This document shows positions 29,801-39,418 of a DNA stretch of 64,000 nucleotides, piece after piece (positions within the stretch are counted from its first letter, which is position 1; every line of letters starts with the position of its first letter). The notes beneath the pieces are model-generated. The model was given only the letters and a program-made list of their open reading frames with translations. It was not told the origin of the DNA and searched no databases. The DNA is from Candidatus Woesearchaeota archaeon (GTDB taxonomy: Archaea; Nanobdellota; Nanobdellia; Pacearchaeales; GW2011-AR1). The stretch covers positions 7,972-71,971 of the forward strand of contig CAZEYD010000004.1 in the NCBI GenBank assembly GCA_964516745.1. The letters run 5' to 3'. A program made the translations under genes and the position numbers.

Positions 29801-32463
29801 TTGTAAATAATACATTTTGTAGCATGACTAATGTTAGTGGTTCTGGTTTTGAAAACATTGGTGGATTAGTTGGTTATAATGATGCTGTGGTTTTGAGTTC
29901 ATACTTTGTGAATGGTAGTGTTAGTGGTAGTAGTAATGTTGGTGGTTTAGTGGGCTATAATAATAATACTATAAATAAATCTTATGTGATTGGTAGTTCT
30001 ACTCATAATATTATTGGAATGGATAAATCTGGTGGCCTAGTTGGACGTAATAATTATTTGATAGAAAATTCTTATTTCAATGGTGCAATTAGTGGACAGA
30101 ATTATACTGGTGGTTTGGTAGGGTATAATGTAGGTAATATTAGTGATTCTTATAGTGCTGGTAATGTTAATGATAGTTTAAATTATATTGGTGGTTTGGT
30201 AGGTTATAACATAGGTTTGGTTTCAAGCAGTTTTACAGTGAGTTTAATAGAATCACGAATTCAAACTTACAAAAGTGGTTTAATAGGTTATAATGTAGGT
30301 TCTATTATAGATTCATATTGGTATAATATAGATTTCTCAGATCCTGATTGGTGTTATTTTAATGTTACGGAAGAGAGTGATATAAATTGTACTGCAAAAA
30401 CAGATATATCTTATTTTAATGATTTCACAAATTTTCCAATGAATTATAGTGGCGATGGTTGGGATTTTGTAAATGCCTGGAGTTATTATGGTGAAGGGGA
30501 ATCCTTGCCTGTTTCTACAAATGAATATGGATGTTCTTTGGATAGACATTGTCCTTTGACTAGTAATTGTATAGACACAGTTTGTGTTAATACCGTTCCT
30601 GTCTTGACTTTTGGTGGAGATACTCCAAACAATAGTGAAATTTTAAATTTGAGCTTAGTTAATTTATCAATAGATGTTAGTATTGTAAGTCCTAAGTTGA
30701 GCTATGTTAATTATACCTTGAGCACAGATGCCTTTGCTTGTAATTTGTTTGGTAGTTGTTTTAGCTTTTTTAATCCTACGGGGAGTGTTGCTGCTTCGAA
30801 TAGAATTTTCGAAGTTAATTTTGATATAGATGGCGATATAAACAATTCGGTGAATAGTAGTATGAATGTAACAAATAACAACTCTGTTTTTTTAAGTTCT
30901 GCTAAATATGAAGGAGGTCGGAGTTTTAATGGTGTGAATACAAGCTTGAATTATTCTTCATTGCTGATTCCATATAATGAGAACTTATCTGTTTTTTCTT
31001 GGATTTATTGGGCGAGTGGTTCTTTCCCTGTGATAGGTGAATTTTATAATTCTAGTACAGAAGAATGGGGCTTGGCAGTTAATGGTTCTGGAAATGTTGT
31101 TTATTATCAATATGATACTTCTGATTCTTCAATTTTAAGTGATTCTTCAATTGTTGCAAATAGATGGAATCATATTGGTGTTGTTAGAAATAATAGTTTA
31201 GTTAAATTGTATATTAATGGTATTGAAGTAAATGTGAGTTCTAATGAATCAGTTGATGGTGTTGATAGCATTTCTCAATTAACTATTGGTTTTTTGGACG
31301 GAGATTATGCTAATGGTTCTTTAGATGAAATTGTAATCTTTAATAAAACTTTAAGTGATGATGAAGTAAGAGATTTATATACAACAGGTTTAGAAATGAA
31401 TAGTCAATCAAATTGGAACCTTAATATTACTAAAACTTCGGTAGAATTACCGAATAATAATTATCCTTATACAATTACTGCTTGTAATGATAGGGGAACA
31501 AGTGGAGTTTCTTGTAGCAATATAACTCAATCTGTAACGATTAAAACAACTTCTACTTCGGTTGCGCCAGTTACTGATCCTGCAACAGGTGGCGGTGGCG
31601 GTGGTGGCGGTGGCGGTGGCGGTAGTTCTTCTGTCACTTATCCTATTAATAGTACTGAATTTAGTGCTGGTAAGTCTATTGTTATGAGTGAAGGAGATTA
31701 TGCTAGAATGACTGTTGGTGGAACAACTTATAATTTTAAATTATATGATATTCTTAACACCTCTATAAAATTAAAATTACCAAATGGCTCTCTTAGCGAA
31801 ATTAGCTTTGCCGCAACAAAGAAATATGATTTAGATAGTAATAATTATTATGATGTTTCTGTTAAAGTTACTGGATTAAATACGACTGTCGGAACATTGT
31901 TCTTTAAATCTGATTCTAGTGTAGTTTCTGTTGCTCCTTCAGATCCAACAACAGACCCTGCAACAGGTGACGATGATGATGACGATGATGACAGTTATAT
32001 TAATCAGGGGACACCTACAACTACTGTTCCAGGCAAAGATGGCAATATGACATTTATTTGGATTGGTTTAGCACTTGGAGTATTGTTTATTATTATTGTT
32101 ATTGTATTGTTTCTTGGTGTAAAGAAAAAGAAAATAAATGCATTAAAAAAGAATAAAGTTCAACCGGCTACGCCTGTTGTGTCGAATGCATATTCCAAAC
32201 AACCAATTACACAAATGCCTGGGAATAGACCACCTATGCAACGTAATATGGGTCAACCTGTGTTTAATAACGATAGAGCATTGTCTCAAGAAATTAATGG
32301 TTTATTAATGAATGCTAATGCAAAGTTAAGGCAAGGCGATATTAATGGTGCTAAGATGGTTTATAGGCAAATTAATGAGAAATATAATAAGATTGAGAAA
32401 CATGATGAAGGTCTCTATCAGAAGATATTGAAGTTTACTAGTGAATTAAAAGGTAAACAATAA
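26863..32463 (+). CDS. Giant surface protein with two GLUG-repeat blocks and two LamG-like domains
   Basis: Many VGGLVG/TGGLVGYN repeats; LDEVRFYNKSLS and LDEIVIFNKTLS LamG ends; N- and C-terminal hydrophobic segments. Confidence 0.88.
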   Translation: MKEVNYRFIGFISIVLLLGIVLFFVGLKYTGHAVVGYEDYIEIHNCTEFQNISADLSANYILNNSFSCSGINPFTPIGNISKGFYGELYGNGNIISDITVSNINNYAGIFAIVEDEFNISNLIISNIVINGDESVGGLIGYILSGSSGSINDISLVNVTVNGSNYVGGLVGYYDTSSDLNNIDAVGMNITGMKAGQKGVGGLVGYMKTSSLTSSSFSGNVTSDTNAVGGLVGYYSGEGMINASYTIDANINGENNTGGLVGLFDDASSDGILNSYSSGTVNGSYFVGGLIGDLDVSGVYGIRRSYSNASVTGHDYVGGLVGEANEPVTSSYFNGTVDGNMFIGGLVGYNVATLSSSYSVGNVTGTSNNTGGLVGSNYGTVSDSYSEMIVDGISQTGGLVGFNNHTVKNSFFSGNVTSDEDCTAGIVGLHNTSDIENDLNRLYWINNTDNTNNCYYNLNCSNNVTRGGCTPQENLSYFFNYDNEPMDLDRSLTGWDFSIWTGVYNGISLLKFLWQAECLVNSDCSTGLSCVDLFCEDTTPVLSVLDGSPEDGDVLIISSDDTIINVSISSLKLDHININWNSTIHSCSVVRGYCDNLFNDRENYADGLKYLLSFDSLTEVGYDFVSGERIGVPEGGATKILQGGRYDSGLEFSGSDNDNKFVIGSGFSGNYFSDNFSTVFWIKPSVVGDTNDLILSKKNGAEIDYEFILVNNSGDYQVQFRLYNSSTNYVEVSKAVELNKWNYIVGQYDSSGNKISLSVNDNFTVNESVFNGRKTQPNYEIILGYNDTKGMSGSVLDEVRFYNKSLSASEISGLYYMDFTKVDSGNWLYTFSDMLSSGSYDYQIEAYDEVSKSGTFDKISFSVSSFCGGTGTDIDPYQICNCNSLNQVRDFLNKSFILNSSINCFGFGFDSIGSETGAFDGTFNGSDYEIGNLSVSDVSKEYVSLFGYINSSGNVFDLIVSDSFFNGSNYTACVAGYSKGIVNNTFCSMTNVSGSGFENIGGLVGYNDAVVLSSYFVNGSVSGSSNVGGLVGYNNNTINKSYVIGSSTHNIIGMDKSGGLVGRNNYLIENSYFNGAISGQNYTGGLVGYNVGNISDSYSAGNVNDSLNYIGGLVGYNIGLVSSSFTVSLIESRIQTYKSGLIGYNVGSIIDSYWYNIDFSDPDWCYFNVTEESDINCTAKTDISYFNDFTNFPMNYSGDGWDFVNAWSYYGEGESLPVSTNEYGCSLDRHCPLTSNCIDTVCVNTVPVLTFGGDTPNNSEILNLSLVNLSIDVSIVSPKLSYVNYTLSTDAFACNLFGSCFSFFNPTGSVAASNRIFEVNFDIDGDINNSVNSSMNVTNNNSVFLSSAKYEGGRSFNGVNTSLNYSSLLIPYNENLSVFSWIYWASGSFPVIGEFYNSSTEEWGLAVNGSGNVVYYQYDTSDSSILSDSSIVANRWNHIGVVRNNSLVKLYINGIEVNVSSNESVDGVDSISQLTIGFLDGDYANGSLDEIVIFNKTLSDDEVRDLYTTGLEMNSQSNWNLNITKTSVELPNNNYPYTITACNDRGTSGVSCSNITQSVTIKTTSTSVAPVTDPATGGGGGGGGGGGGSSSVTYPINSTEFSAGKSIVMSEGDYARMTVGGTTYNFKLYDILNTSIKLKLPNGSLSEISFAATKKYDLDSNNYYDVSVKVTGLNTTVGTLFFKSDSSVVSVAPSDPTTDPATGDDDDDDDDSYINQGTPTTTVPGKDGNMTFIWIGLALGVLFIIIVIVLFLGVKKKKINALKKNKVQPATPVVSNAYSKQPITQMPGNRPPMQRNMGQPVFNNDRALSQEINGLLMNANAKLRQGDINGAKMVYRQINEKYNKIEKHDEGLYQKILKFTSELKGKQ
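31588..31623 (+). repeat. (GGT/GGC)12 poly-Gly tract
   Basis: Seen directly in the sequence. Confidence 0.95.
31969..31992 (+). repeat. (GAY)8 poly-Asp tract
   Basis: Seen directly in the sequence. Confidence 0.95.
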
Positions 32464-32526
32464 TTTTGAATTTTTATATTATATTCTTTCCATAAACCTT
32501 ATAAAATTTAATGTTCTTATTTTTGT

Positions 32527-32886
32527 ATGCCACATCAATGTGTTCATTGTTCAAGAATCATTCCTGTTGGGAGTGATGAAATATTAAAGGGTTGTAATAA
32601 TTGTAATGGTAAATTCTTTTTTTATATTAGGGATGAACAAGTTAAGAAAATTCAAGAAAAGAATAATGTTGTTTTGCCTGAATTAGATGATATAAATAAA
32701 CAAAAAGTGGAAGAAGATGTTAGAAGTATTTTAAAAATTGAAGATGAAAATCAGCCAGTGATTCTAGATATCGAATCGGTTAGATTGGTGGGAACAGGAA
32801 AATACGAAATAGATTTAGTTTCTTTAATTAATCGGAAACCAATTGTATTTAAGATAGAAGAAGGAAAATATTTAATAGATTTTTAA
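32527..32886 (+). CDS. oapC: DUF2072 Zn-ribbon protein OapC
   Basis: MPHQCVHC...GCNNC..FFY, ESVR...GKYEID and EEGKYLID. Confidence 0.88.
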   Translation: MPHQCVHCSRIIPVGSDEILKGCNNCNGKFFFYIRDEQVKKIQEKNNVVLPELDDINKQKVEEDVRSILKIEDENQPVILDIESVRLVGTGKYEIDLVSLINRKPIVFKIEEGKYLIDF

Positions 32887-32929
32887 TGGATGAAGGTAGT
32901 TTAATAAAGGGTATTTGGTAATTAATATT

Positions 32930-34171
32930 ATGAGGTTGAACAAAGTCCTTGAAGAACAATTGGGTAAAATCAGCTTATCTGATGATGAAATAAAGAATTT
33001 TAGGAAGATTGCTAATAGTTTTATTAAAAAATTAAAGAAGAAAGGTGTTAAAGTATTTATTGGCGGTAGTTTTGCAAAAGGAACAGCCGTAAAAAAGGAT
33101 TCCTTACAGGATATAGATATTTTTGTTATGTTTGATAAAGAAAGTGATACTAAAAAATTAGGAGCTTTATTGAAAGGGATAGATGTTGGTGGTTATTTAC
33201 GTAAGGTTCATGGTTCCAGAGATTATTATCAGGTAGTTATGCCTGAAGTTATTTTGGAGCTTATTCCTGTTGTTAAGAATATCGATCCTGCTAAGGCTAA
33301 TAATGTTACTGATGTTAGTATGTTGCATGTTGATTATGTTGTGAAAAAGTTAAAAGAAAACCCTGTTTTAAATAATGAAATTAAATTGGCTAAGAGTTTT
33401 GTCAGAGCAAATAAATGTTATGGTGCGGAGAGTTATATTAAGGGGTTTTCTGGTTATTCCTTAGAGTTGCTTGTAATTTATTTTGGTGGATTTGTGAATT
33501 TTTTGAAAAAAATAAGTAAAGTTGATGTTTTGGATCCCGAGAAATATTTTTCTGGTAAGAAGCAGATTATGATGGAGTTAAATTCTTCTAAGTTGCAAAG
33601 TCCTATTGTTGTTGTTGATCCGACGTATAAATATAGGAATGTTTGTGCTGGTTTAGGTATTGAAACTTTTTCTAAATTTATTAAAATTGCTCAAGCTTTT
33701 TTACAAAATCCAAATTCGGATTTTTTCGAATTCAAGAATATTGATATATTGGAATTAAGGAAAATTGCAGAAAAAAATAAAGCTAGATATGTTGAAATAG
33801 AATTTACTACAGATAAACAAGAGGGAGATGTTGCTGGTTCTAAGATGAAAAAATATTTTGATTTTATTATTAAAGAGTTTGAGAGAAATGGACAAACGGT
33901 GTTCTATACAGATTTTTATTATTTAGGTTATGGGAAATCGAGCAAAGGATATATTATTGTTATTGAAAAATTTGTTATTGAAAGAGAGGGACCTCCTGTT
34001 AATTTGATTGAACAGGTTGATAAATTTAGAAAATTGCATGGCGTCAATATTGTTGAGAAGAAAGGTGTTTTGTATGTTAAGGTAGAAATAAGTTTGAATA
34101 ATCTTTTAATGAAGATTAAAAAGTTCGAAAAAGAGATGTTTGTTAAAATAAATAGATTAATTATAGAATAG
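32930..34171 (+). CDS. cca: Class I (archaeal) CCA-adding enzyme
   Basis: GSFAKGT...DIDIF, YGAESYIKGFSGY and VDPT...RNV. Confidence 0.92.
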   Translation: MRLNKVLEEQLGKISLSDDEIKNFRKIANSFIKKLKKKGVKVFIGGSFAKGTAVKKDSLQDIDIFVMFDKESDTKKLGALLKGIDVGGYLRKVHGSRDYYQVVMPEVILELIPVVKNIDPAKANNVTDVSMLHVDYVVKKLKENPVLNNEIKLAKSFVRANKCYGAESYIKGFSGYSLELLVIYFGGFVNFLKKISKVDVLDPEKYFSGKKQIMMELNSSKLQSPIVVVDPTYKYRNVCAGLGIETFSKFIKIAQAFLQNPNSDFFEFKNIDILELRKIAEKNKARYVEIEFTTDKQEGDVAGSKMKKYFDFIIKEFERNGQTVFYTDFYYLGYGKSSKGYIIVIEKFVIEREGPPVNLIEQVDKFRKLHGVNIVEKKGVLYVKVEISLNNLLMKIKKFEKEMFVKINRLIIE

Positions 34172-34511
34172 TTTTTTTATGTATTTTTGTATTTATCTCT
34201 AAAGTAGGAATTTTTATTGCTAATTCTTGATCTTTGGTAAAATCATCTCCATTATAAAAATATTTTTTCATTATGTCCTCATATGCTTGATTAACTTCTT
34301 TTCTTAATCCTGAATCTTCTTTTGGGCAATTAGTTATTATTAATGTTGTTCTAGTTTCATAGCCATCACCATTATCTTCATATGTGATTCCAGAAGAATT
34401 ATTATATTTTTCAGCATATTCTTCAAAAATATTTAAAATGGGAAATAAAAATTTCGGACGTGCGAGGTATGAGATAGAATAATCTGTTTCAAAATGAGAA
34501 TTCGATGGCAT
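34161..34511 (-). CDS. Hypothetical protein
   Basis: ORF starts 1 nt after the trmB stop; no motif recognised. Confidence 0.55.
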   Translation of the reverse strand: MPSNSHFETDYSISYLARPKFLFPILNIFEEYAEKYNNSSGITYEDNGDGYETRTTLIITNCPKEDSGLRKEVNQAYEDIMKKYFYNGDDFTKDQELAIKIPTLEINTKIHKKTIL

Positions 34512-34512
34512 T

Positions 34513-35298
34513 TTATTTTTTTCCCCAAGCTAGTTCGAACATGTATGCTATTGAGTTAGAAAAAAATGGTGAATTTATCCATACACCGTAATCATAATCT
34601 TCATGAACATTTGTTGGTTTCATTGTAAATATTAATTCGCTTTTATCTGCGATTACAAATCGTGCGTTGATTGGTTTGCTTCTTATTTCTATACCAAACT
34701 TTTTAGATAATTTATTTGCCTCTTTCGTGTCTTCTGGAATCATTACTTTGATATTTATTTTTCTTTTTGTTAATGTTGAAAATATTTCTTTAAACATTCT
34801 TGCTTTGTTTAATAATTCATAAGAGGATGATACAAGATAAACTTGTCTTTGTGCACTTTCCATTATATCTCTCATTTGAATGTATAAATTGTTTCTTCCT
34901 TTAATTGATGTAGATAAATCGTTATTTTTTGTTGGTACAATTCCTGAATTATGTAATTCCTCTAATTCTTTATATTCTATCGTATCTTTTAAATTGACTA
35001 ATGTTTTTAATTTTTCTTCTGCCGTATTCATAGTATTATTTTTTAATTTTTCAATAACAGTATTTGGTTTTACTGCAATGTATTTTACAGGTTTTCCTAA
35101 TTTTTGGATTACAAAGCCTTGTTTTTCTAAGCCTTCTAATACATCATAAGTTCTAGATCGTGGAACATTACTTATTTCTGCAATTTCACCAGCTGAAGAA
35201 ACCCCTCTACTTAACAATGCTAGCCAAACCTTTGTTTCATAAATGTTTAAGTCAAAATACCCTTTCAATTTTTTTACTAATTCTTGATTTATTGTCAT
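34513..35298 (-). CDS. TrmB-family transcriptional regulator
   Basis: LNIYETKVWLALL...VPRSRTYDVLEGL...PVKY wHTH plus C-terminal effector domain. Confidence 0.93.
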   Translation of the reverse strand: MTINQELVKKLKGYFDLNIYETKVWLALLSRGVSSAGEIAEISNVPRSRTYDVLEGLEKQGFVIQKLGKPVKYIAVKPNTVIEKLKNNTMNTAEEKLKTLVNLKDTIEYKELEELHNSGIVPTKNNDLSTSIKGRNNLYIQMRDIMESAQRQVYLVSSSYELLNKARMFKEIFSTLTKRKINIKVMIPEDTKEANKLSKKFGIEIRSKPINARFVIADKSELIFTMKPTNVHEDYDYGVWINSPFFSNSIAYMFELAWGKK

Positions 35299-35415
35299 AT
35301 TGTTACTACCTTAGTGTTAATAATAATCTATGACTATTTAAATGTTTCGGGGGTGTAACTCCTATCTAAAGATAACAATCGGAAGACTTATATAATGTAG
35401 TTACTATGTAGTGAT

Positions 35416-35895
35416 ATGAAAAAGGTTATTGATTTTGTATTAATATTTATATTGGGTTTTTTTAGCTGTGCGTTTATTCTTTCCTTGGTGTTTTTTCATG
35501 GAAGTGAGGTCCCTTTTGGAAATGGAAATATGGACTTAGAAGAATCTCCTTCAGATTGGATTTTAGAGGAAGATATTATATTATTAGATAATAAGATAAT
35601 TATTAACGTTGACAATGCAAAACTTTCTTCATATAAGCCCACAGGGAGTATGAAGCCTGTTCTTGATAAGGGTGCTAACGGTATAAGGGTTGTTCCGGGT
35701 ATTCCTGAAGAAATAGATGTTGGAGACATTATTTCATTTAATAAGAATGGATTATTGATAGTTCATAGAATTGTTGAAAAGGGTATTGATTCAAAGGGAG
35801 TTTATTTTATTACGAAGGGTGATAATAATAATTTTTCTGATGGTAAAATTCGTTTTGAAAATATTGAATATGTTACTATTGGAATTCTATATTAG
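35416..35895 (+). CDS. Signal peptidase I (Sec11/S26 type)
   Basis: TGSMKP Ser, GDII, IVHR His, TKGDNN. Confidence 0.9.
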   Translation: MKKVIDFVLIFILGFFSCAFILSLVFFHGSEVPFGNGNMDLEESPSDWILEEDIILLDNKIIINVDNAKLSSYKPTGSMKPVLDKGANGIRVVPGIPEEIDVGDIISFNKNGLLIVHRIVEKGIDSKGVYFITKGDNNNFSDGKIRFENIEYVTIGILY

Positions 35896-36893
35896 AAAAA
35901 GATCATTTTCCAGATTAGTAGCATTGTGAATATTCCTGTTGTTATGTAGGGCATTGCTGGATATGGTTTTTTAGGGTCACCAAAAAAGAAAATATATGAA
36001 AGCCCTAGAATTGAACCTAATAAAATAAATAGTGCTGGAATTAGTCCGTGTATTCCAAATAATACTTGTTGTGGAAATGTCCACATAAAAACACCCATAG
36101 TTACTATTGTGAATGCAATATCTCCTCCTCCTAATATTGCTGCTGAAACTTTTATTTTTTTCTTTTGTATTGCAATGTTTGGGATTCTTTTTTCTTTGTA
36201 TTTCTTTTTTAATTTTTTAATTTTTAATTTATCTTTTTTCGAAATATAAGGGATGATTAATCCTCCAAATATTTTTACTTCTTCCATTTCGTATTTAGCG
36301 ATTTTTGTCATGAGTTTGCTTTTCCAGACACCCCAGATATCGTATGTCGATATTAAAACTAATAAGATTAACATTAAAATAATATTGAGGCCAGGTTTGT
36401 TTGGGTTGTAAATTGTCGTTACTAGTATTGTTGCGATACCAGGGTAGATGAATATTTCTGTAAAATTATGAATATATTTGTTTGGTTTGAATACTTTTAA
36501 GAAACCGAAAATTATTCCTGTTGATAATGCTATTGCCCATGTTATATTTTGATTGGATATGTTTAGAAGAAATCCGTTTATTGTTATTCCTATTGCGATT
36601 ATTGTGACAATTAAAAACCAAGTTCTTAGAACTAGTTTTAGTTTGTATTTTAATAATATTGAAATTATAAAAAATGCTAATAAAAAAGTTAGTATTATTG
36701 AGATTGGATTACTTGCGCTTTCATCTTCTAATCCAAATGGTAAATCGGTTGAAGCTAAGCTTGTTGTATTTAGGGTTTGATTGTTTGAAATATTTAATGT
36801 TGGGCTATATGCGTTAATTATGAATATTCCAACTATTTGTATTATGATAAACATTGTTAATAATATTATTGATGTTTTTATGTTGTGTTTCAT
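35892..36893 (-). CDS. Presenilin/signal peptide peptidase family aspartyl protease
   Basis: Multi-TM protein; YD, LGGGD and PAMP (PAL-like) motifs. Confidence 0.92.
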   Translation of the reverse strand: MKHNIKTSIILLTMFIIIQIVGIFIINAYSPTLNISNNQTLNTTSLASTDLPFGLEDESASNPISIILTFLLAFFIISILLKYKLKLVLRTWFLIVTIIAIGITINGFLLNISNQNITWAIALSTGIIFGFLKVFKPNKYIHNFTEIFIYPGIATILVTTIYNPNKPGLNIILMLILLVLISTYDIWGVWKSKLMTKIAKYEMEEVKIFGGLIIPYISKKDKLKIKKLKKKYKEKRIPNIAIQKKKIKVSAAILGGGDIAFTIVTMGVFMWTFPQQVLFGIHGLIPALFILLGSILGLSYIFFFGDPKKPYPAMPYITTGIFTMLLIWKMIFF

Positions 36894-36895
36894 AG

Positions 36896-39310
36896 TTAAA
36901 AGTCTGATAGACTACTTTGTTTTTTATTGTTTAGTTCGTTTTTTATATTTATGTTAAATACTTTAAATATATTCTCTACTGCTGGAATGAGTTGGTTGTT
37001 TAAATAATATTCTATATTATATTCTGCTTTTTCTTCTGGTAAAAAGACTTTATCGCTAATTTTTTTTGTCTTTCTGCCTGTTTCTCCAATGTAATATTTT
37101 ATGGGCATCCCTGTCGTAATATGTAAGCCTTGTTTGGACATTTTTTCTGCAGCTATTACATGTGGTCCCTTTAATACGTAATCTTTAATGTCTTTTTTTA
37201 GTTGTGTTTGTATCATTAGTTTTTCTATGTTGATTTTTCTTTCTAATAAGTTATTTATTGATTTTTTGAATATCTTCAATGCTTGTTTCTCATTTCCTAC
37301 TCTTAATATGGATTCTAATATTTCTTTTTGTAATGCTCTTGCTAGTGGACACCAATCTCTTCTTACTGTTTCAAATCCTCTTATTTTTAATTGATCGTTT
37401 TCTTGCAATAGTGCATATTTCTTTTTTGCACCTTGTGTTGTTGTTCTTTTTGATACGAATATTCCTCTTGGATAAAAGTCTTCAAGATCTAGTTCCATAA
37501 TACCTGGTAAATCGTCGTTTATTTTATTTTGCAAATTTATAATTTGTTTTTTTGTTTTGTCTGATTGTAAAAAAGCTATGGAATCTGTGTCAGAGTAGAT
37601 TATCTGATGTCCTTGTTGTTTTATATTACTTATTGTGGAGAGTATGTGTTTTTTCGCTAGTTGTGTTGTTGCTTCTGCTGCGTCTCTCGAATAATATCTT
37701 GCACCAAAGAATCCCAAATATCCATAACTAGCGTTTGCTAGTAATTTGTATGCATTGCTTCTTGCTTTAGTTAAATTGTTTTTATTTTTCGCATATTCTT
37801 TTTTGTACTTTTTTCTTTGTTCTATTATTTCTTCTAATAATATTGGGAACATTCCTCTTTGTTCTGAAAATTCTTTCTCTTGGATGTGTGTTGCTTTGCT
37901 TAGATTGTAACTTACAATAATTGATCCATACATACTTGTAAAATCAAACATTACAATATTCTCATATAAGTTCGGTTTCGGTTCAAAAACAAATGCTCCT
38001 TCATATTTTTCTGTAGTTCTTCTATTTACTATACTCTCGTTTGTTGGTTTTTTTTCAGCAATTTCATTGAATCTTTTTAAATTATGTAAAATATAATTTT
38101 CACAATTTGTTGCCATTGTGTTTCTACTTATATTGAACATCGGTTCTTTTACTATTTTTGAAAATTCTTTTAAATCTGGGAGTATTGCATGAAATAAATT
38201 ATATGTTACTTTTGAATCTTGAAGGTTATATGAAAATAATTTTAACCAATCTTTTTCTGTCATTTTTGTTAATTTATTGAAATCAAATTCTTCTTTTTTC
38301 TCTCCTATTAATTCGTTAGCTACAGCGTTTAATGATAATGATTCTGTTTGTAAATATTGTGAAAATGCGGAAGAAATGAATCTATAAATATCAACATGAA
38401 CAATGCCATCTATTCTTCCTGTTGGTATTCTTCCTCGTGAAAATGTTGGCTGTGAGTTGTCTATCCCAAGATTTAATTTAATTTTATTTTTTTCTGCTCT
38501 AGCCTTGATATATGGAAGATCAAATCCATCTGAGAAATATCCACATAGAACATCTGGTGCGTATTCTTTGATGTGATTAACGAATGCTTCTATCATTTCA
38601 GACTCTGTGTTATATTGTTCTACATAGTCTGGTTTTGTTGTAGTTTTTTGAAGTGTTAATACTTTTTTTATATTATCTCCGTATAGAGAAATGGCTAAGA
38701 TTTTACTTTTTCCTATTTCTATGTTTTCGGTTTCTATATCGTAAGCTAATACTTTTGGTTGAAAATCTTTTTGTTCTTCCTTTAGTTTGAAGCTGTCTAG
38801 TTTGAAACAAACTTCTAAGTCTATATCGTTGATAATTCCTCCGAAGTCGTCTGTTGTTAGTGGGCCTCCTTCTATAGTATACCAGTTTAATGGTTCTAAA
38901 TCTTTTTCCATTATATATTTTGATAATATGTTTATATCGTATTCTCTTCTATGTAGAATTATTGAACTGTCTCCGATTTCTGAGGCTATTTCGTGTAAAT
39001 CTTTATGATTTGTTGTGAATATTTGAATTGCCTTTACGGGTTTTTCTAGAAACTTTTTATTGTGAATTTGGATGTCTGTTACTTTTGATTTTCTAATGTT
39101 TTTATCTATTTCTATCTTTTTGATTTTTGATATCAGTTTATCTATCTCTTTTTGTTTTACGTTATCTTTTAAAATTAGCCAGAAATTGGGTTGATAATCA
39201 TCAATTACACATATTTGTTTATTATTTGAAGTTCGTCCGATAATTTTTATGTAGTTTTTACCTTCGTAGTCAAAGTAGTTGTAATCGATTGGTATAAAGT
39301 CGCACCTCAT
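36896..39310 (-). CDS. polB: Family B DNA polymerase
   Basis: Exo YDIET, FDLPY, YNLQD; Pol DFTSMYGSII, KLLANASYG, YSDTDS, KKKY, RGFETVRRDW. Confidence 0.96.
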   Translation of the reverse strand: MRCDFIPIDYNYFDYEGKNYIKIIGRTSNNKQICVIDDYQPNFWLILKDNVKQKEIDKLISKIKKIEIDKNIRKSKVTDIQIHNKKFLEKPVKAIQIFTTNHKDLHEIASEIGDSSIILHRREYDINILSKYIMEKDLEPLNWYTIEGGPLTTDDFGGIINDIDLEVCFKLDSFKLKEEQKDFQPKVLAYDIETENIEIGKSKILAISLYGDNIKKVLTLQKTTTKPDYVEQYNTESEMIEAFVNHIKEYAPDVLCGYFSDGFDLPYIKARAEKNKIKLNLGIDNSQPTFSRGRIPTGRIDGIVHVDIYRFISSAFSQYLQTESLSLNAVANELIGEKKEEFDFNKLTKMTEKDWLKLFSYNLQDSKVTYNLFHAILPDLKEFSKIVKEPMFNISRNTMATNCENYILHNLKRFNEIAEKKPTNESIVNRRTTEKYEGAFVFEPKPNLYENIVMFDFTSMYGSIIVSYNLSKATHIQEKEFSEQRGMFPILLEEIIEQRKKYKKEYAKNKNNLTKARSNAYKLLANASYGYLGFFGARYYSRDAAEATTQLAKKHILSTISNIKQQGHQIIYSDTDSIAFLQSDKTKKQIINLQNKINDDLPGIMELDLEDFYPRGIFVSKRTTTQGAKKKYALLQENDQLKIRGFETVRRDWCPLARALQKEILESILRVGNEKQALKIFKKSINNLLERKINIEKLMIQTQLKKDIKDYVLKGPHVIAAEKMSKQGLHITTGMPIKYYIGETGRKTKKISDKVFLPEEKAEYNIEYYLNNQLIPAVENIFKVFNINIKNELNNKKQSSLSDF

Positions 39311-39418
39311 GTTGATTTTAGGGGAAAGACTTATTTAAAGTTGAGTGGGAGATGTTGCGTCCTTATTTAGTAGTTACACTTACGAAAGGTTTAAATAGGT
39401 TTTTTGGTTTGATTTTTT

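Noticed and set aside
27250..30300. Recurrent GGTGGTTTAGTTGG DNA repeats as a possible CRISPR or DGR array
   Set aside because: They are in-frame GGLVG protein repeats with irregular spacing; no cas gene or reverse transcriptase is in the window.
36896..39310. Inactivated PolB (YGS instead of YPS in motif A)
   Set aside because: All catalytic Asp residues and the exonuclease motifs are intact.
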